Counted from the first letter of the whole stretch, positions 1 through 12,113 are shown. The stretch is DNA of 63,986 nucleotides, filler included, from Hausera hauseri (GCA_046269625.1; 11 parts of 11 records of this genome joined end to end with filler, not necessarily neighbours in it); one strand, 5' to 3'. Notes: generated by a model from the letters alone, not told the origin. Made by a program: numbers and translations.

Positions 1-435
1 GTTTGTTCCCGGCAAGTGAGCTATTACTTTTATTGGGATTCTGACTTAAAATGGCCAAATAAATTGTAAAAAACGAAAAAAAAGTTTAACTTTTTTATTC
101 AACGGAACTCACAGCATCAGTAAACATTTTGTCTGAAACACACACACAGGCCTTTGGATTCCTCTGTAAAAAGTCTTTAAAAATCGCCTCATGGCCACAA
201 AAATGCCACTATTGGTATAAAAGTTGGTTAAAAACGTAGACATTAATGCCTGCTTTCGTAAAATGTTTTCAAAATTTTTCTATGACTTATAGTTCTCTGT
301 AAAAGTGCTTCAAACCGAGGCCGTGTCTGACAAGGATAGCAAAAGCTATTGGTAACACCTGTTCGGTAATTACCAACGGCTCTCACACTCTGAACATACA
401 AACACTTACATGGGAATTTCCGTTGTCTAGGTAAC

Positions 436-527
436 TGCCCGGATGGCAGAATGGTTAGAGCTTTAGACTGCCATGCGAGGAGTCGCTGGTTCGATTCAGC
501 CCTGCGGACGGGGTTCGACTCCAGGCA
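436..527 (+). pseudogene. tRNA-like element (Gly/Asp-derived, GCC loop) with a duplicated B-box
   Basis: A-box tggcagaatgg, loop ctgccat, B-box ggttcgattc and a second ggttcgactcc. Stems pair poorly. Confidence 0.5.
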
Positions 528-705
528 AACTCAAAGTTACTTTTTAGTATTATTTATTTTTCTTTCGTTACCGTTAATGCGGATCGTGCCGTGCCGGTTT
601 TTAAAAAACGTAAGTCACACTCATATTTCACACGGTTAATTACCAACGGCTCAGACTCTAAACACACAAACACTTAGATGGCTCTTTCTGTCTTTTTAGT
701 CATCT

Positions 706-777
706 GGCGCCGATAGCCTAATGGTTAAACAACTGAGCTGCCACGCGGGAGACCCAGATTCGATTCCAGGCAGGGAT
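706..777 (+). pseudogene. tRNA-like element (tRNA-Gly(GCC)/Asp-derived)
   Basis: tagcctaatgg A-box; ctgccacgcgggagaccc matches the anticodon/variable arm of eukaryotic tRNA-Gly/Asp; degenerate B-box gattcgattcc. Confidence 0.55.
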
Positions 778-1403
778 CAGTGCCCCATTCAAATTTCCGC
801 AGGAATTTCTAGTTGGGGCACTGCCCATAGCAATGCATGGAGGCAGTGACAGAGTCACTGACTCCATGCAATTGCATGGCAGTCACCTACTGTTCTACTA
901 TCAATAGAATGTCTCTTTATTATTATACTTATTTATTATTCTTCCGTTACCGTGAATGCGGCTCGTACGGCTGCGAGAAACACCACAAAAGTGGTATTGA
1001 AACGTCCCGTTTGTTCCCGGCAAGTGAGCTATTACTTTTATTGGGATTCTGACTTAAAATGGCCAAATAAATTGTAAAAAACGAANNNNNNNNNNNNNNN
1101 NNNNNNNNNNNNNNNNNNNNNNNNNNNNNNNNNNNNNNNNNNNNNNNNNNNNNNNNNNNNNNNNNNNNNNNNNNNNNNNNNNNNNTAAAAGTTGGTTAAA
1201 AACGTAGACATTAATGCCTGCTTTCGTAAAATGTTTTCAAAATTTTTCTATGACTTATAGTTTTCTGTAAAAGTGCTTCAGACCGAGGTCGTGTCTGACA
1301 AATATAGGAAAACCTATTGGTAACACCTGTTCGGTAATTACCAACGGCTCTCAGCCTCTGGACATACAAACACTTACATGGGAATTTCCGTTGTCCTGGT
1401 AAC

Positions 1404-1478
1404 GGCCCCGATAGCGTAGCGGTTAGTGATCTGAGTTATCATTCCATAGGACGCAGGTTCGAGTTCAGCTCAAGGAAG
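1404..1478 (+). pseudogene. tRNA-like element (ATC loop) followed by a poly-T tract
   Basis: tagcgtagcgg A-box, ggttcgagttc B-box, T-run 1482-1502. Confidence 0.5.
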
Positions 1479-1705
1479 AGGTTTTTTTTTTTTATTTTTT
1501 TTATATAATATATCGCTTCTCCCCTGCCACATAGCAGGGAAAAACAATAATTTCCTTTTAATATGTGTATTTCGCCTACATAACTTTATTATTTAGCTGA
1601 ATTTATTAATCTCACATTAAATCCTCAGTAGGTAGGTAATTACCAACGGCTCTCAGCCTCTGAACATACAAACACTTACATGGGAATTTCCGTTGTCCTG
1701 GTAAC

Positions 1706-1800
1706 AGCCTTTGTAGCACAATGGTTAAAGCTCCAGACTGCCACACCAGGAGTCGCTGGTTCGATTCAGCCCTGCCACCGCTGCGGATGGGGTTCGACTC
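1706..1800 (+). pseudogene. tRNA-like element (same type as 436-527)
   Basis: tagcacaatgg A-box, gactgccacacc loop, ggttcgattc and a second ggttcgactc. Confidence 0.5.
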
Positions 1801-2017
1801 TACATAACTTTATTATTTCTCGGATTTTATTAATCTCACATTAAATCATGAGTAGGTAGGTTGAACGTTTGCTATAAAACAATTTTCTTTTTTCTTTTCT
1901 GACTTACGGTTTTTAAAAAACGTAAGTCACACTCATATATCACACGGTCAAGTACCAACGGCTCAGACTCTAAACACACAAACACTTAGATGGCTCTTTC
2001 TGTTTTTTTTGGTATCT

Positions 2018-2088
2018 GGCGCCGATAGCCTAACGGTTACAGATCATGGCTGCCACGCGGGAGACCCAGGTTCGAGTCCGGCAAGGCG
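2018..2088 (+). pseudogene. tRNA-like element (same type as 706-777)
   Basis: tagcctaacgg ... ctgccacgcgggagacccaggttcgagtcc. Confidence 0.55.
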
Positions 2089-2638
2089 CAGTGACCCATT
2101 CAAATTTCTGCAGGAATTTCTAGTTATTTATTATTCTTCCGTTACCGTGAATGCGGCTCGTACGGCTGCGAGAAACACCACAAAAGTGGTATCAAAACGT
2201 CCGGTTTGTTCCCGGCAAGTGAGCTATTACTTTTATTGGGATTCTGACTTAAAATGGCCAAATAAATTGTAAAAAACGAAAAAAAAGTTTAACTTTTTTA
2301 TTCAACGGAACTCACAGCATCAGTAAACATTTTGTCTGAAACACACACACAGGCCTTTGGATTCCTCTGTAAAAAGTCTTTAAAAATCGCCTCATGGCCA
2401 CAAAAATGCCACTATTGGTATAAAAGTTGGTTAAAAACGTAGACATTAATGCCTGCTTTCGTAAAATGTTTTCAAAATTTTTCTATGACTTATAGTTCTC
2501 TGTAAAAGTGCTTCAAACCGAGGCCGTGTCTGACAACTATAGCAAAAGCTATTGGTAACACCTGTTCGGTAATTACCAACGGCTCTCAGCCTCTGAACAT
2601 ACAAACACTTACATGGGAATTTCCGTTGTCCTGGTAAC

Positions 2639-2712
2639 GGCCCTGATAGCGTAGTGGTTCGTGATCTGCGTTATCATTCCATAGGACGCAGGTTCAAGTT
2701 CAGCTCAAGGAA
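2639..2712 (+). pseudogene. tRNA-like element (same type as 1404-1478)
   Basis: tagcgtagtgg A-box, ggttcaagttc B-box, poly-T 2715-2738. Confidence 0.5.
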
Positions 2713-3051
2713 GAGTTTTTTTTTTTTTTCTTTTTTTTTATCGCTTCTCCCCTGCCACATTGCAGGGAAAAACAATAATTTCCTTTTAATATGTGTATTT
2801 CGCCTACATAACTTTATTATTTAGCTTAATTTATTAATCTCACATTAAATCCTCAGTAGGTAGGTTGAACATTTGCTATAAAAAAACATTTTTTTTCTTT
2901 TCTCATATTTCACACGGTCATAGTCTGCTGTCCGACACGTAACGTTCACAGTAAGGAAAGACTTACCTTGTTCTTTGTATTAGCAAAAGCACTCACACTC
3001 AGACTCTCAACATACAAGCACTTACATCGGTCCTTCACTTATCTTGGTAAC

Positions 3052-3121
3052 TTCTCTGATAGCCTAGTGGCTAGAGATCTGCGCTGTAAAACGGGAGGGC
3101 GGGGTTCGAGTCCGGGAGGGA
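3052..3121 (+). pseudogene. tRNA-like element (GTA loop)
   Basis: tagcctagtgg A-box, ctgtaaa loop, ggttcgagtcc B-box. Confidence 0.45.
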
Positions 3122-4767
3122 GCAGTGACCCATTAAAATTTCTGCAGGAATTTCTAGTTTCTTTATTTATTTTTCTTACGTCACCCGGAATGCGGCCCGA
3201 ACGGCTGTGTGTACCCCAACACATGTGGTATCAAAACGTGCGTCTCGGTCCCGAGAAGTGTGCTATTATTTTTATAAGCATTCGGAGTTACCATGGCGAC
3301 ATAAATTGTAAAAAACGACCCCCCAAAATCCCATTAAAGTCAATGGAGCGGGGGTCCGAAAGAATCCTAAAAATCACCTATTTTTGAGGAATTGCTGTGT
3401 CGTCATAAATTCACGTAGAAATTCCATTAAAAATTCTTTTTGTAGAGACGCCCGAGATCTCTTCTAAACTGAAGACAGCACGTTCATATTAATTACGGTT
3501 TGTCCACGATTATTTTCTAAGCGCACCAAAGTTTTCGATTTTTCTGAAAATTAGAGTGTGAGTGTCGGTCGGCTAGAGTGCGGAGCCTCCAAGATTTTTG
3601 ATCCAAAAATATTTTTTAACTCGCCCTCCCGGCCACAAATATCGCCCGATTGGTATAAAAGTCGATGATGACATTGATACGCATGCCTGCTCCCGTAAAA
3701 TGTTTTAAAATTAGTTCTAAGGCGTTCGGTTTTCTGTCAAGGAGCTTCAGACCACGGTGAAGCGACAGGAAAAATCACAATCTGACCCATTGTTTTCCAT
3801 ATATTTCTGAAAACATCACAGCTCAGCGCACACCATCTCTCTCTCGTCGCTGTTATTTCTGTGACTGAGGTAGAAATATGAATCGCGGTAATATCGGAGA
3901 GGACAGATAGCCCTCTCATACGCTTCAAACGGTTTTCGAATAGGTATCACGGTTTTCGAACTGGAAGTTTTTGTTCGCAATGCTTTTTTCACTGAAATTC
4001 AAGTAGAATTCCTTTGATCTGGATCAGAGCTCAATCAGCCTCACAGCTGGCAGAGGGAATTAATTACCATAGCAACGGAAGAAAGGCCAGGGCAGAGCTT
4101 CTGAGTAGAAGGCTGAGCAGAATGTTAGAACTACATTAATGGCAGAACTCTGTTACTACAGAGGACAGCTGAGCTCCAAGTTAAGAACTACAATGATGGC
4201 TGAACCACAGCTACTCATAGGATTAGTGGAACCATTTATAACAAAACTAACTGCTTTGAGAAGTTACAATTCTATCTCTCCCTCACTTGCTGATGTGGCC
4301 ATTATATAGCTGGATTTACCAAATCACTGTTACACATAGGATTAGTTTGGTCTTTTAAAATAAAGGTAACTGAAAATTTCAAAATAAAAGCCTTTACCTT
4401 TTTCACATCAAGTAATGGCTGTTTTGGACTTATTACAACTGGTTTAACCAAACCAGTGTTACATATTGGATTAGTGTGGACAGTTAAAACGAAGCTAACT
4501 GACAATTTCAAAATAAAAGCCTGAATATTACTCTGAGATTAATGCACCGCCACAGGCGGTGCAAAGAATATTAGCCTTTATTATCCGTTGTCCCAAGGTC
4601 AGTGCACCGCCGCAGGCGGTGCTAATACTATCAGCCTTTACTATCTTTTTCTCTCAGGTTAGTTAGCTAATTAGCATTAGCCTTTTCCTAAATAAACAGC
4701 TTTTATCTGTTTTCCTTGCTTATTAGCCATGTTCAGTATACTGAATGGAGTAAGTCAAATAAGGACA

Positions 4768-5200
4768 TCATGCTAGTGATACCCCACATGCTAGTCACAG
4801 CATTTAGGCTAACATTAGCATTTTGGCTCATTTCTGCTCATACACTAATTTCTACATAAAAAAAATTGCATAATTGAATGTTAGTCAACATGCTAGTGAT
4901 ACTCCACATGCCAGTGACAGCATTTACGCTAACATTAGCATTTTGGCTAATTTCAGCTTATACACTAATTTCAACAAAAAAAATTGCATAATTGAATGTT
5001 AGTCAACATGCTAGTGATACCCAACATGCCAGTGACAGCATTTAGGCTAACATTAGCATTATGGCTAATTTCAGCTTATACACTAATTTCAACATAAAAA
5101 ATTGCATAATTGAATATTAGTCAAAATGCTAGTGATACTCCACATGCAAGTGACAGCATTTAGGCTAACATTAGCATTTTGGCTAATTTTAGCTTAAGGA
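4768..5200 (+). repeat. ~118-bp tandem repeat, about 4 copies
   Basis: catgctagtgata(c/t)(c/t)ccacatg..agtgacagcatttaggctaacattagcattttggct recurs at ~4768, 4888, 5007 and 5126. Confidence 0.85.
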
Positions 5201-5339
5201 TAAGTTTTAAAAGACTGAATGGTGAAAGTCCAGCTTAGTCAACATTCTTGTGATTCTCCACATGCTACTCTGTAAGTTTTTTGCCTAAGCTTAGCATTGA
5301 CGCTAACTTTTAGCATCACAACGCTGGGTCCAAACCGAC

Positions 5340-5390
5340 GGGCATACTTTCGCAGTGCCCCATTCAAATTTCCGCAGGAATTTCTAGTTT
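5340..5390 (+). mobile_element. Helentron-like 3' terminus
   Basis: gggca...tgccc hairpin, then attcaaatttccgcaggaatttctagttttt, the same end as the array units. Confidence 0.5.
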
Positions 5391-5513
5391 TTATTATGAA
5401 GTTTTGTGATGTTACCTAACAATCACAGTGATGGGCAGACTGTCATATGCTCTCATCCAAACTTCATGGCCAGGCAAGCAGTGACAAAGTGCATGCAGAT
5501 AGGTGTGATAAAC

Positions 5514-5613
5514 NNNNNNNNNNNNNNNNNNNNNNNNNNNNNNNNNNNNNNNNNNNNTTAATTAATTAANNNNNNNNNNNNNNNNNNNNNNNNNNNNNNN
5601 NNNNNNNNNNNNN
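5514..5613. other. Artificial contig spacer
   Basis: 44 N + TTAATTAATTAA (5558-5569; stops in all six frames) + 44 N. Confidence 0.97.
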
Positions 5614-5798
5614 CTATCGTTGAATATATGTCTCATATCGATCGGAGGCTTAATATCGATCTTATTATTTTTTATCGGAAATCGATCGACACCTATTTCA
5701 ACGGATTAAGCACTTCAAAATGCATAAAATGAGGTACTGGCCATTTCTGTAAGTTGAATGAGTTCCGAGATATAATCGTTTGAACAAGTTTTTCAAAT

Positions 5799-7288
5799 GT
5801 GGAAAAGTTTGATAAGGCTGGAAAGAAACGTGGCAAATACAGAGTCCAATCAGTGGTTGATTCTGGTGTTCAAACTGATTTGGAGATAGCTGAATATTTG
5901 TTTCCTGAATTAGATACGGAGATTAAAGATTTGTTACAGGCTAAATTTTCACATATGCCTATCGAGATGTTGACCCATCCGAAGAGGCGTCAATTTCGCC
6001 ATTTTGTGTATCGCGAAGGTGGAAAGTTTGTTGCCGTATAAATTTTTGTTGCGGTTTTCAGATTTTATTATAGAGAAGTATTTATTTTTATTTATTTCGA
6101 TTTTAATTTTTTTTAGATTCAGTTTGTTCCGTATACAGGAGGAACGTACCCCTAGTGGTAATTTGCATTGGCATTTTTGTGCCTGCTCACTAAATCCAAT
6201 GCGGTTGGATTACTTTAGGAATAACTTTGATTTGAAATTTGTTATTCCTTTTGTGGATAATTTGATCACTGTTTATAAGGAATTTTTTTGCTTTTTTGTC
6301 TATATAGTTTTTTAGATAAGCCTACTGAAGACTTTATTCCTTTTTGAATATGGGCGTTGCCCCGTAAATATTTGCAGGGATAAGACCACTATTGATTGTT
6401 TGTACCCTTAAATGTGAAAAAGCTTACGGCATCATGTATGAAGTAAATCGAAGGGAGGTAATTCGAGATTTATTTTGAAGTTTAAAGTAAAATCTAGTTG
6501 TCCGTCGGAGTTTCCCTTTATTATTCCAAGCATTTCTTTTGATTTTGACAATCAGGTTATGTCGTGCATTATTTTTGGCGCCAGTGATAATTTTTTGATT
6601 TCCTTTTGTGTTTTAATTTTGTTTAGGAACAGGCAAAACATCATTTGCTCTATCTCACGGGAAAAAACCATTAATTGTTAACAACCTCAATGAGTTTCCC
6701 GTGAGTTGGACGTACGAGCATGACATTATTGTCTTTGACGACGTCAGCTTCTTTCATCAGTCGCAGGAGCAGTTGCTGACGTTGCTTCACAGTCACAAAA
6801 ATGCGACAGCAAAAGTTTTATATCGCATTATCAGTTTTCCTGGTAATGTTCCCCGGTTCTTTTGCTTCAACAATGAGGCCGCTTTTTGGCCAAGACAGCA
6901 AGATCTCATGAACAGGGAGGCATGCAATCGACGATGCATGTTCTTGCGTATTGGTTCCCGCAAACTTTTCGAATCCGATGAAGCGACAATTTCAAGTGGA
7001 GTTGATTTAAATTTTGATGAGCTTGTTGAACAGAAGAAGCGTGAAGATTCCTTAAATGCTCCTGCTGCTCCTGCCGATGTAGTTGAATTTATTGATGTTG
7101 ACGAAATTAAGTCTCCGGTGGTGAGGAAAGTTCGCAGTGTTTCTCCCGATTCTCCACCTCAGAATCATCCGGTTATTCTGTGGAAACCGATACCAAAAAT
7201 TGATACTTACGTTAGTTCCAAGTATCAGCCTGTGGACATTGACGAAGACATTGATTTACAACCTAGTTGCAGTTATAATCCTAAATAA
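5799..7288 (+). pseudogene. rep: CRESS-DNA-virus-like Rep (HUH endonuclease + SF3 helicase), intron-containing, decayed
   Basis: Motif II QEERTPSGNLHWHF (HWH 6166-6174). Walker A G-A-S-G-T-G-K-T after removing the intron-like 6587-6626. In-frame Walker B IIVFDD, motif C RFFCFN, Arg finger ACNRRC. GT-AG intron 6078-6116. AATAAA 7284-7289 overlaps the stop. Frameshifts and stops near 6005 and 6345-6480. Confidence 0.8.
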
Positions 7289-7818
7289 ATATTGATTTGT
7301 TGCATTACCCCTTTTTTCTACATTTATAAGCATACGTTGGATTACGTCATCAGCAGTATTTCGATGATTTCATGTGTTGAGTCATATTTAGTATGTGGGT
7401 TTTCGACGAAATGACTGAACCTTTTGTCAATTAAACTTCTTCTAACGAAGAAATTATGTAAAAAAAATTTTCCGAGTTTCCGTTTTAATTGTTATTTCTG
7501 GGTTTTATTACATAATATTATATAATAAAATGTAAGAATTCTATTTAAATAATAAATACTTTGAAATGTTTTAAAAATAAAATCACAAAAAAACCATGCA
7601 GATATAAAATTAAATAAAAAAAAACATAAATCTTACGACGAAATACAATTTAATGAAAAAATATGTTCATCACGTCAAAATCATAAAGTATTTTCTACTT
7701 CTGTTTCCAAACGATTGTTTAAAACCAAATCTTAACGTGCAAACGTAATGCAGCATTCCAACAACATGACACTTCACAAAACAATACGAAATGCACATTA
7801 ACCATAGTCATAGTATTA

Positions 7819-8170
7819 CCCTTAATACTTCCGGACACGCATAACCAGGTGAACTAATTTAAAATAGCTTTCAAACGACCAATTGATATGATATTATTAC
7901 CCAAAACTCGTTTTAACCATCGCTCCTTCAGGATGAAGAGATGCCATTCCAAAATCGGCAACTTTTATATTTCATTTGTCCTCCAACAATAAGTTTTCTA
8001 TGTTAAAAATTTCGGTAGCTAAATGGAGTAGACTTTAAGAAACAGAATTATGACGTCTACTAATCTTGAATTATAGATATTTTACAACAAAAAAAAATTT
8101 ACCTTTCTTATTAAGTATTCTAAAATTTTTCCCGCTTGATCACATTTAGATATTTAATCAAATATAGCAA
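7819..8170 (-). pseudogene. Degenerate BRSK/SAD-1 family Ser/Thr kinase fragment
   Basis: Minus strand reads [43 protein letters not shown] across a GT-AG intron (7900-7854), versus BRSK [21 protein letters not shown]...ETSCGSPHYACPEVIR. Weak upstream match AGKILEYLIRK (~8100-8135). Confidence 0.8.
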
Positions 8171-8937
8171 AACAATCAAAAACAACCATTGCATTTCCAG
8201 AGGAAAACTGTGAAAAAAAAAGAAAAAAAATCATGAGTAACAATTATGAGATAACCAATAAAGTAACGCAATCACAAAAGAAGTAGTTCATTTGTCATTG
8301 AATCGCAAATGATAATGTGTGTATTCCATGTAGATAATAAACATCTGTGGATGCATAAAACTATCCTAAATTCTTCATGTTAAAATGCAATGTATTATGT
8401 AAAAAACAATGTACTATATAAATTACTTTAAACAATGAGTTACTGTGGATAATGCTTGGACGTGTATCGTTTGAATTAGTTGTTCTCATCAATAAAATTG
8501 GGACACAAATAATCGATTTTTAACAATGGCAACATTGTCAGCAAACATTTTGTAACAAATTATCAATCGGTCAAAATCACAGATATTTACAAATGCAATG
8601 AGGAACATCAGTAAGTATAAATTTTACTTTAATAGAAATAATCAGTAAAGTAACCATAAAAACCACGAAACATACAGCGAATATATATTAATACTATTAA
8701 TAATATCAATACATCTGTTGAGTCGGCGTCCCAGTCGAAAGGTAACAACACCTCTACTAAGAATTCTGTGATAAAAAAAATCGATACAAAAATAATGCCT
8801 ACTTATGAGACCAAAGAAAACAAAGAAAGAAATTGCTAATAACTCAAAATCATAACTTTTAAATTGCAATTGATTCTACATAACACAGAAATCAATGCAA
8901 AATATCGGATAGATTCAGGTCAGGTGTTGCACATTGT

Positions 8938-9072
8938 TCATCAACGGGTTTCATAAAGTCCACTCTTTCCGATGTATATGACCCATTGAATGACTTTGTG
9001 ATTGAAGTAGTTCAGTTTCGGTTCGAACATTTTCAAGTAACGCACCTTGATTCCAGACGGGGCGAATGGGAC
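8938..9072 (-). pseudogene. AP2M1: Degenerate AP-2 complex subunit mu C-terminal exon
   Basis: [43 protein letters not shown] versus AP2M1 [44 protein letters not shown]. Confidence 0.88.
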
Positions 9073-12013
9073 CAGACATGTACGAATTGGACAAAATATG
9101 AATGGCTCACGTCCTCTCACCCTCCCCTTGTCGAATATTAATGAGGAGGAAATGAATGTTACGAAAATGCTCACAACAGACAATACATCAATTAAAATTG
9201 TAAAATTCCAGTTAAACGTTTTCCTTTTCGTTTTTCGTAATAATTCATCTGTAGTTGACGTTGCTTATCTTTTCTTGATTAAAAATGATTTTCAAACTTT
9301 TCCACATCCCAGTGACAGTATTTCTTTTTCAATTGACAGTATCAGCGTTAAATTGGCGATTAACAGCAGAAAAATGATCAATTCTAATGGCACTTAATAA
9401 ATTGAAAAAAAGAAATTTGGCACTTACTACTGATGGTGATTGGCATTTCAATCATTTTATGGCAGTGGCGATTTTCGGTAATGAAAATAAATTTGATTTA
9501 TTTATTTTCATAGTCATCCGTAAAAATTATTTCTATTACTGATTCAGTACGGCTTTATGGTAATTTCGATTGGAAAAAAAATTAAATTATTATTTAAAAG
9601 ACCATATGTTCAATACTCACTAATTTTTGCAATGAACAAAAATTTAAATGCTGTTTGGTAATTTACAAATGGTAAAATAAAATCGTCAGTATCAATTTGT
9701 TTCATTATTACTGTGTTTAGATGAAGTTTACCTTAAGTGTTATATATAGATTATTTATATACATTGTAACATTAATAATGTATTGATAAAATTAAAAGTC
9801 GTAAATAAGTTATCAATAGATATTAGAACAGCTTAACAAAAAAATTACAATTTACTATAGTACAAAAATTTGTAATATACATGTAATGATTAAGGATAAT
9901 AATATTTAAATACGTCATAAATAATATGTTGCTTTGTTGCAATAAAATACATTTATCTATATAGACTATGGAATGAATTAAATGCACAAATTTCATATAT
10001 ACACGATAATCTATTACTGTTTGTTGACGCAAAAATTTGAATTTCAATATAAATATTATTAACCATCACTTTTATTTTTATTTAATAATAATTTTAAGGA
10101 TCTTCAAGGACAGTGTTCCATATATGGAATGGCCGTTACCTAGGAAATTTCATGGTGAATAACCAAATTGAATAACTTAAACTAGAAGGCAGTTTAGAAT
10201 AAATATCTTAAGCATCTTTTTCATAGAAACACAAACGAATATTAAATAACTAGTTAAAGTAACATTGTCTCACTTTAACGTTGTAACTATTTGTCATGTT
10301 CTTAACAAAATATTAGTCAAATCTTTATCCATAGCACATCATTTTCACAAAATGTATATGTAAAATCAATTAGATATTCCATGGTACATGTTACTGCATA
10401 CTTTATAAATAAACGTTTTACACAATATTTTATAATTTGTTACATTATTATACTCAGCGTATTATTATAAATTCAAAATAAATAATATATTTAAGATTTA
10501 TAACAACAATTTCTTGATCTGTGAATACTAAAATGTATGTTATATGTGTAATTCTACTTCCTTTCATAAACTAGTTTAACAGCATCCAAATGCTGCATTT
10601 GACAAAACTTTGTATTTAATAATTTTTCATATAGATACAACTCTTCGTTTAGTGAATTATTTTCAAATCCTTAATAAATTAATTACTTAAATGTACTGTT
10701 TTTAGATTTAAGAATATAACAATATATTATTAATACAATGAACCATGTAATTCATAGAAGTCTTGCTCTGAATCAATACCGTTCAGACAAAATAGTTGAA
10801 TACCAGTTTGAATTATATTATATAACTAATTTGGCCAATTACACAGATTAACTTTGATAATTCAGAATTAAAAATATGGAAACAATGGAGATTATTTCTG
10901 GGCAGTATATTTTAAGGAACCTGCCGAATTTGTCGATGGACACTTCGTAATGAATCATTAAAGGAATCTGTAGAATTAAAGTAGAAACGTGATATTATTA
11001 CAAGAGAGATTGTCGAATTGTAACGGGTGCATTCCACTGGAGTTGTTGAAGTATGGCAGATTATTGGAGAAATATTTTTATTGAATTACAACAGAAAATA
11101 AATTTCTTTTGAATCACTTATATGGCTGCCAACCGAGGATGAGTATTGGTTGTAGTGCAGGAATAATGATGTCAAATGACAGCTTTGTTAATGAAATAAT
11201 TGACAGCAGAAATATTGAACATTCATAATGTAAGCTGAAAATTCTTCAACTGGAATCAGTTTGCAATGAAAATTGGCAAATTTGGTTATCGAAATTTGAA
11301 AATAACTAAACTTGAAATGGAGTTATGTTGTAAGTTAAATTCAAAATTCTTTATTTGTAACCACAAATTTTTCAGTAACTGTTATATTTTGTGTCGGTGG
11401 TACATTGTCTGTTGAAGAAATCAATGGAGAAGCTTGATGAGAAATTTCGTAAATTGAATAATCTTTCTGGTTTAGCGACTGGTTTGTTTTTGAACGGTTC
11501 TAAAAAGTAATTTATCTTTTATGTTTTCTGTTGTCTTTTGTTTTACTTTTTGATGACATGTTAAGTGGCTCAATGTGGAAAAATATGACTCAATATTTAA
11601 TGAGTATGGTTAAATGTGAGTAAAATTAATATAGCTTACACAGGTTCAATATTAATAGAAGTAAAAAATTTTTTATAATTTTTACCTGTAATTCAGTAAA
11701 CATGTATGTATACGTATGGCAATATTAAAGTAATAGCAATTTATCAAACAAATAGCAAAAAAGTGATTGTATGATTTTATTTAATCCAAAAGATATTCAC
11801 TAAAATAGTCTCCTTCGTGTTCGACCACCAACTGTAATTGTTCAGTCCACTCATGAAACGCTGATTAAAGCACACTTGCACATGTGCTATACATTTGAAA
11901 ATTGCTATATAGGAGTAGTAAGACATGGGGAATCGATTGGCGCTCTCAGAATTTTCGAAAAATTTATGCCTTCCAAGATATTCGATAATATTCGGTGAAA
12001 ATCGATTTTTATT

Positions 12014-12113
12014 NNNNNNNNNNNNNNNNNNNNNNNNNNNNNNNNNNNNNNNNNNNNTTAATTAATTAANNNNNNNNNNNNNNNNNNNNNNNNNNNNNNN
12101 NNNNNNNNNNNNN
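12014..12113. other. Artificial contig spacer
   Basis: N44-TTAATTAATTAA-N44. Confidence 0.97.

Larger units (their letters stand above)
1..3400 (+). repeat. Tandem array of Helentron/HINE-like non-autonomous units carrying tRNA-like cassettes
   Basis: 1-~420 recurs near-identically at 2204-~2630 and at 1009-1085/1186-1400. Units start tattattcttccgttaccgtgaatgcgg (935, 2130) and end with a hairpin aaattt(c/t)cgcaggaattt + CTAG-TT (~790-814, ~2101-2125, ~3136-3160), resembling Helitron2/Helentron ends. Confidence 0.55.

Noticed and set aside
360-3160. CRISPR-like repeat-spacer array or functional tRNA cluster
   Set aside because: Repeats are ~65 bp, irregularly spaced and non-palindromic; the 'spacers' are homologous tRNA-like heads; no cas genes; acceptor and T stems do not pair well.
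451-4511. Short ORFs in the first contig
   Set aside because: They lie within non-coding tandem repeats and have no recognisable domains.
7300-12013. Capsid gene or nonanucleotide origin for the Rep
   Set aside because: No long ORF, basic N-terminus or TAGTATTAC stem-loop. A tagtattac at 7811-7819 lacks a flanking stem and coincides with a kinase splice donor.
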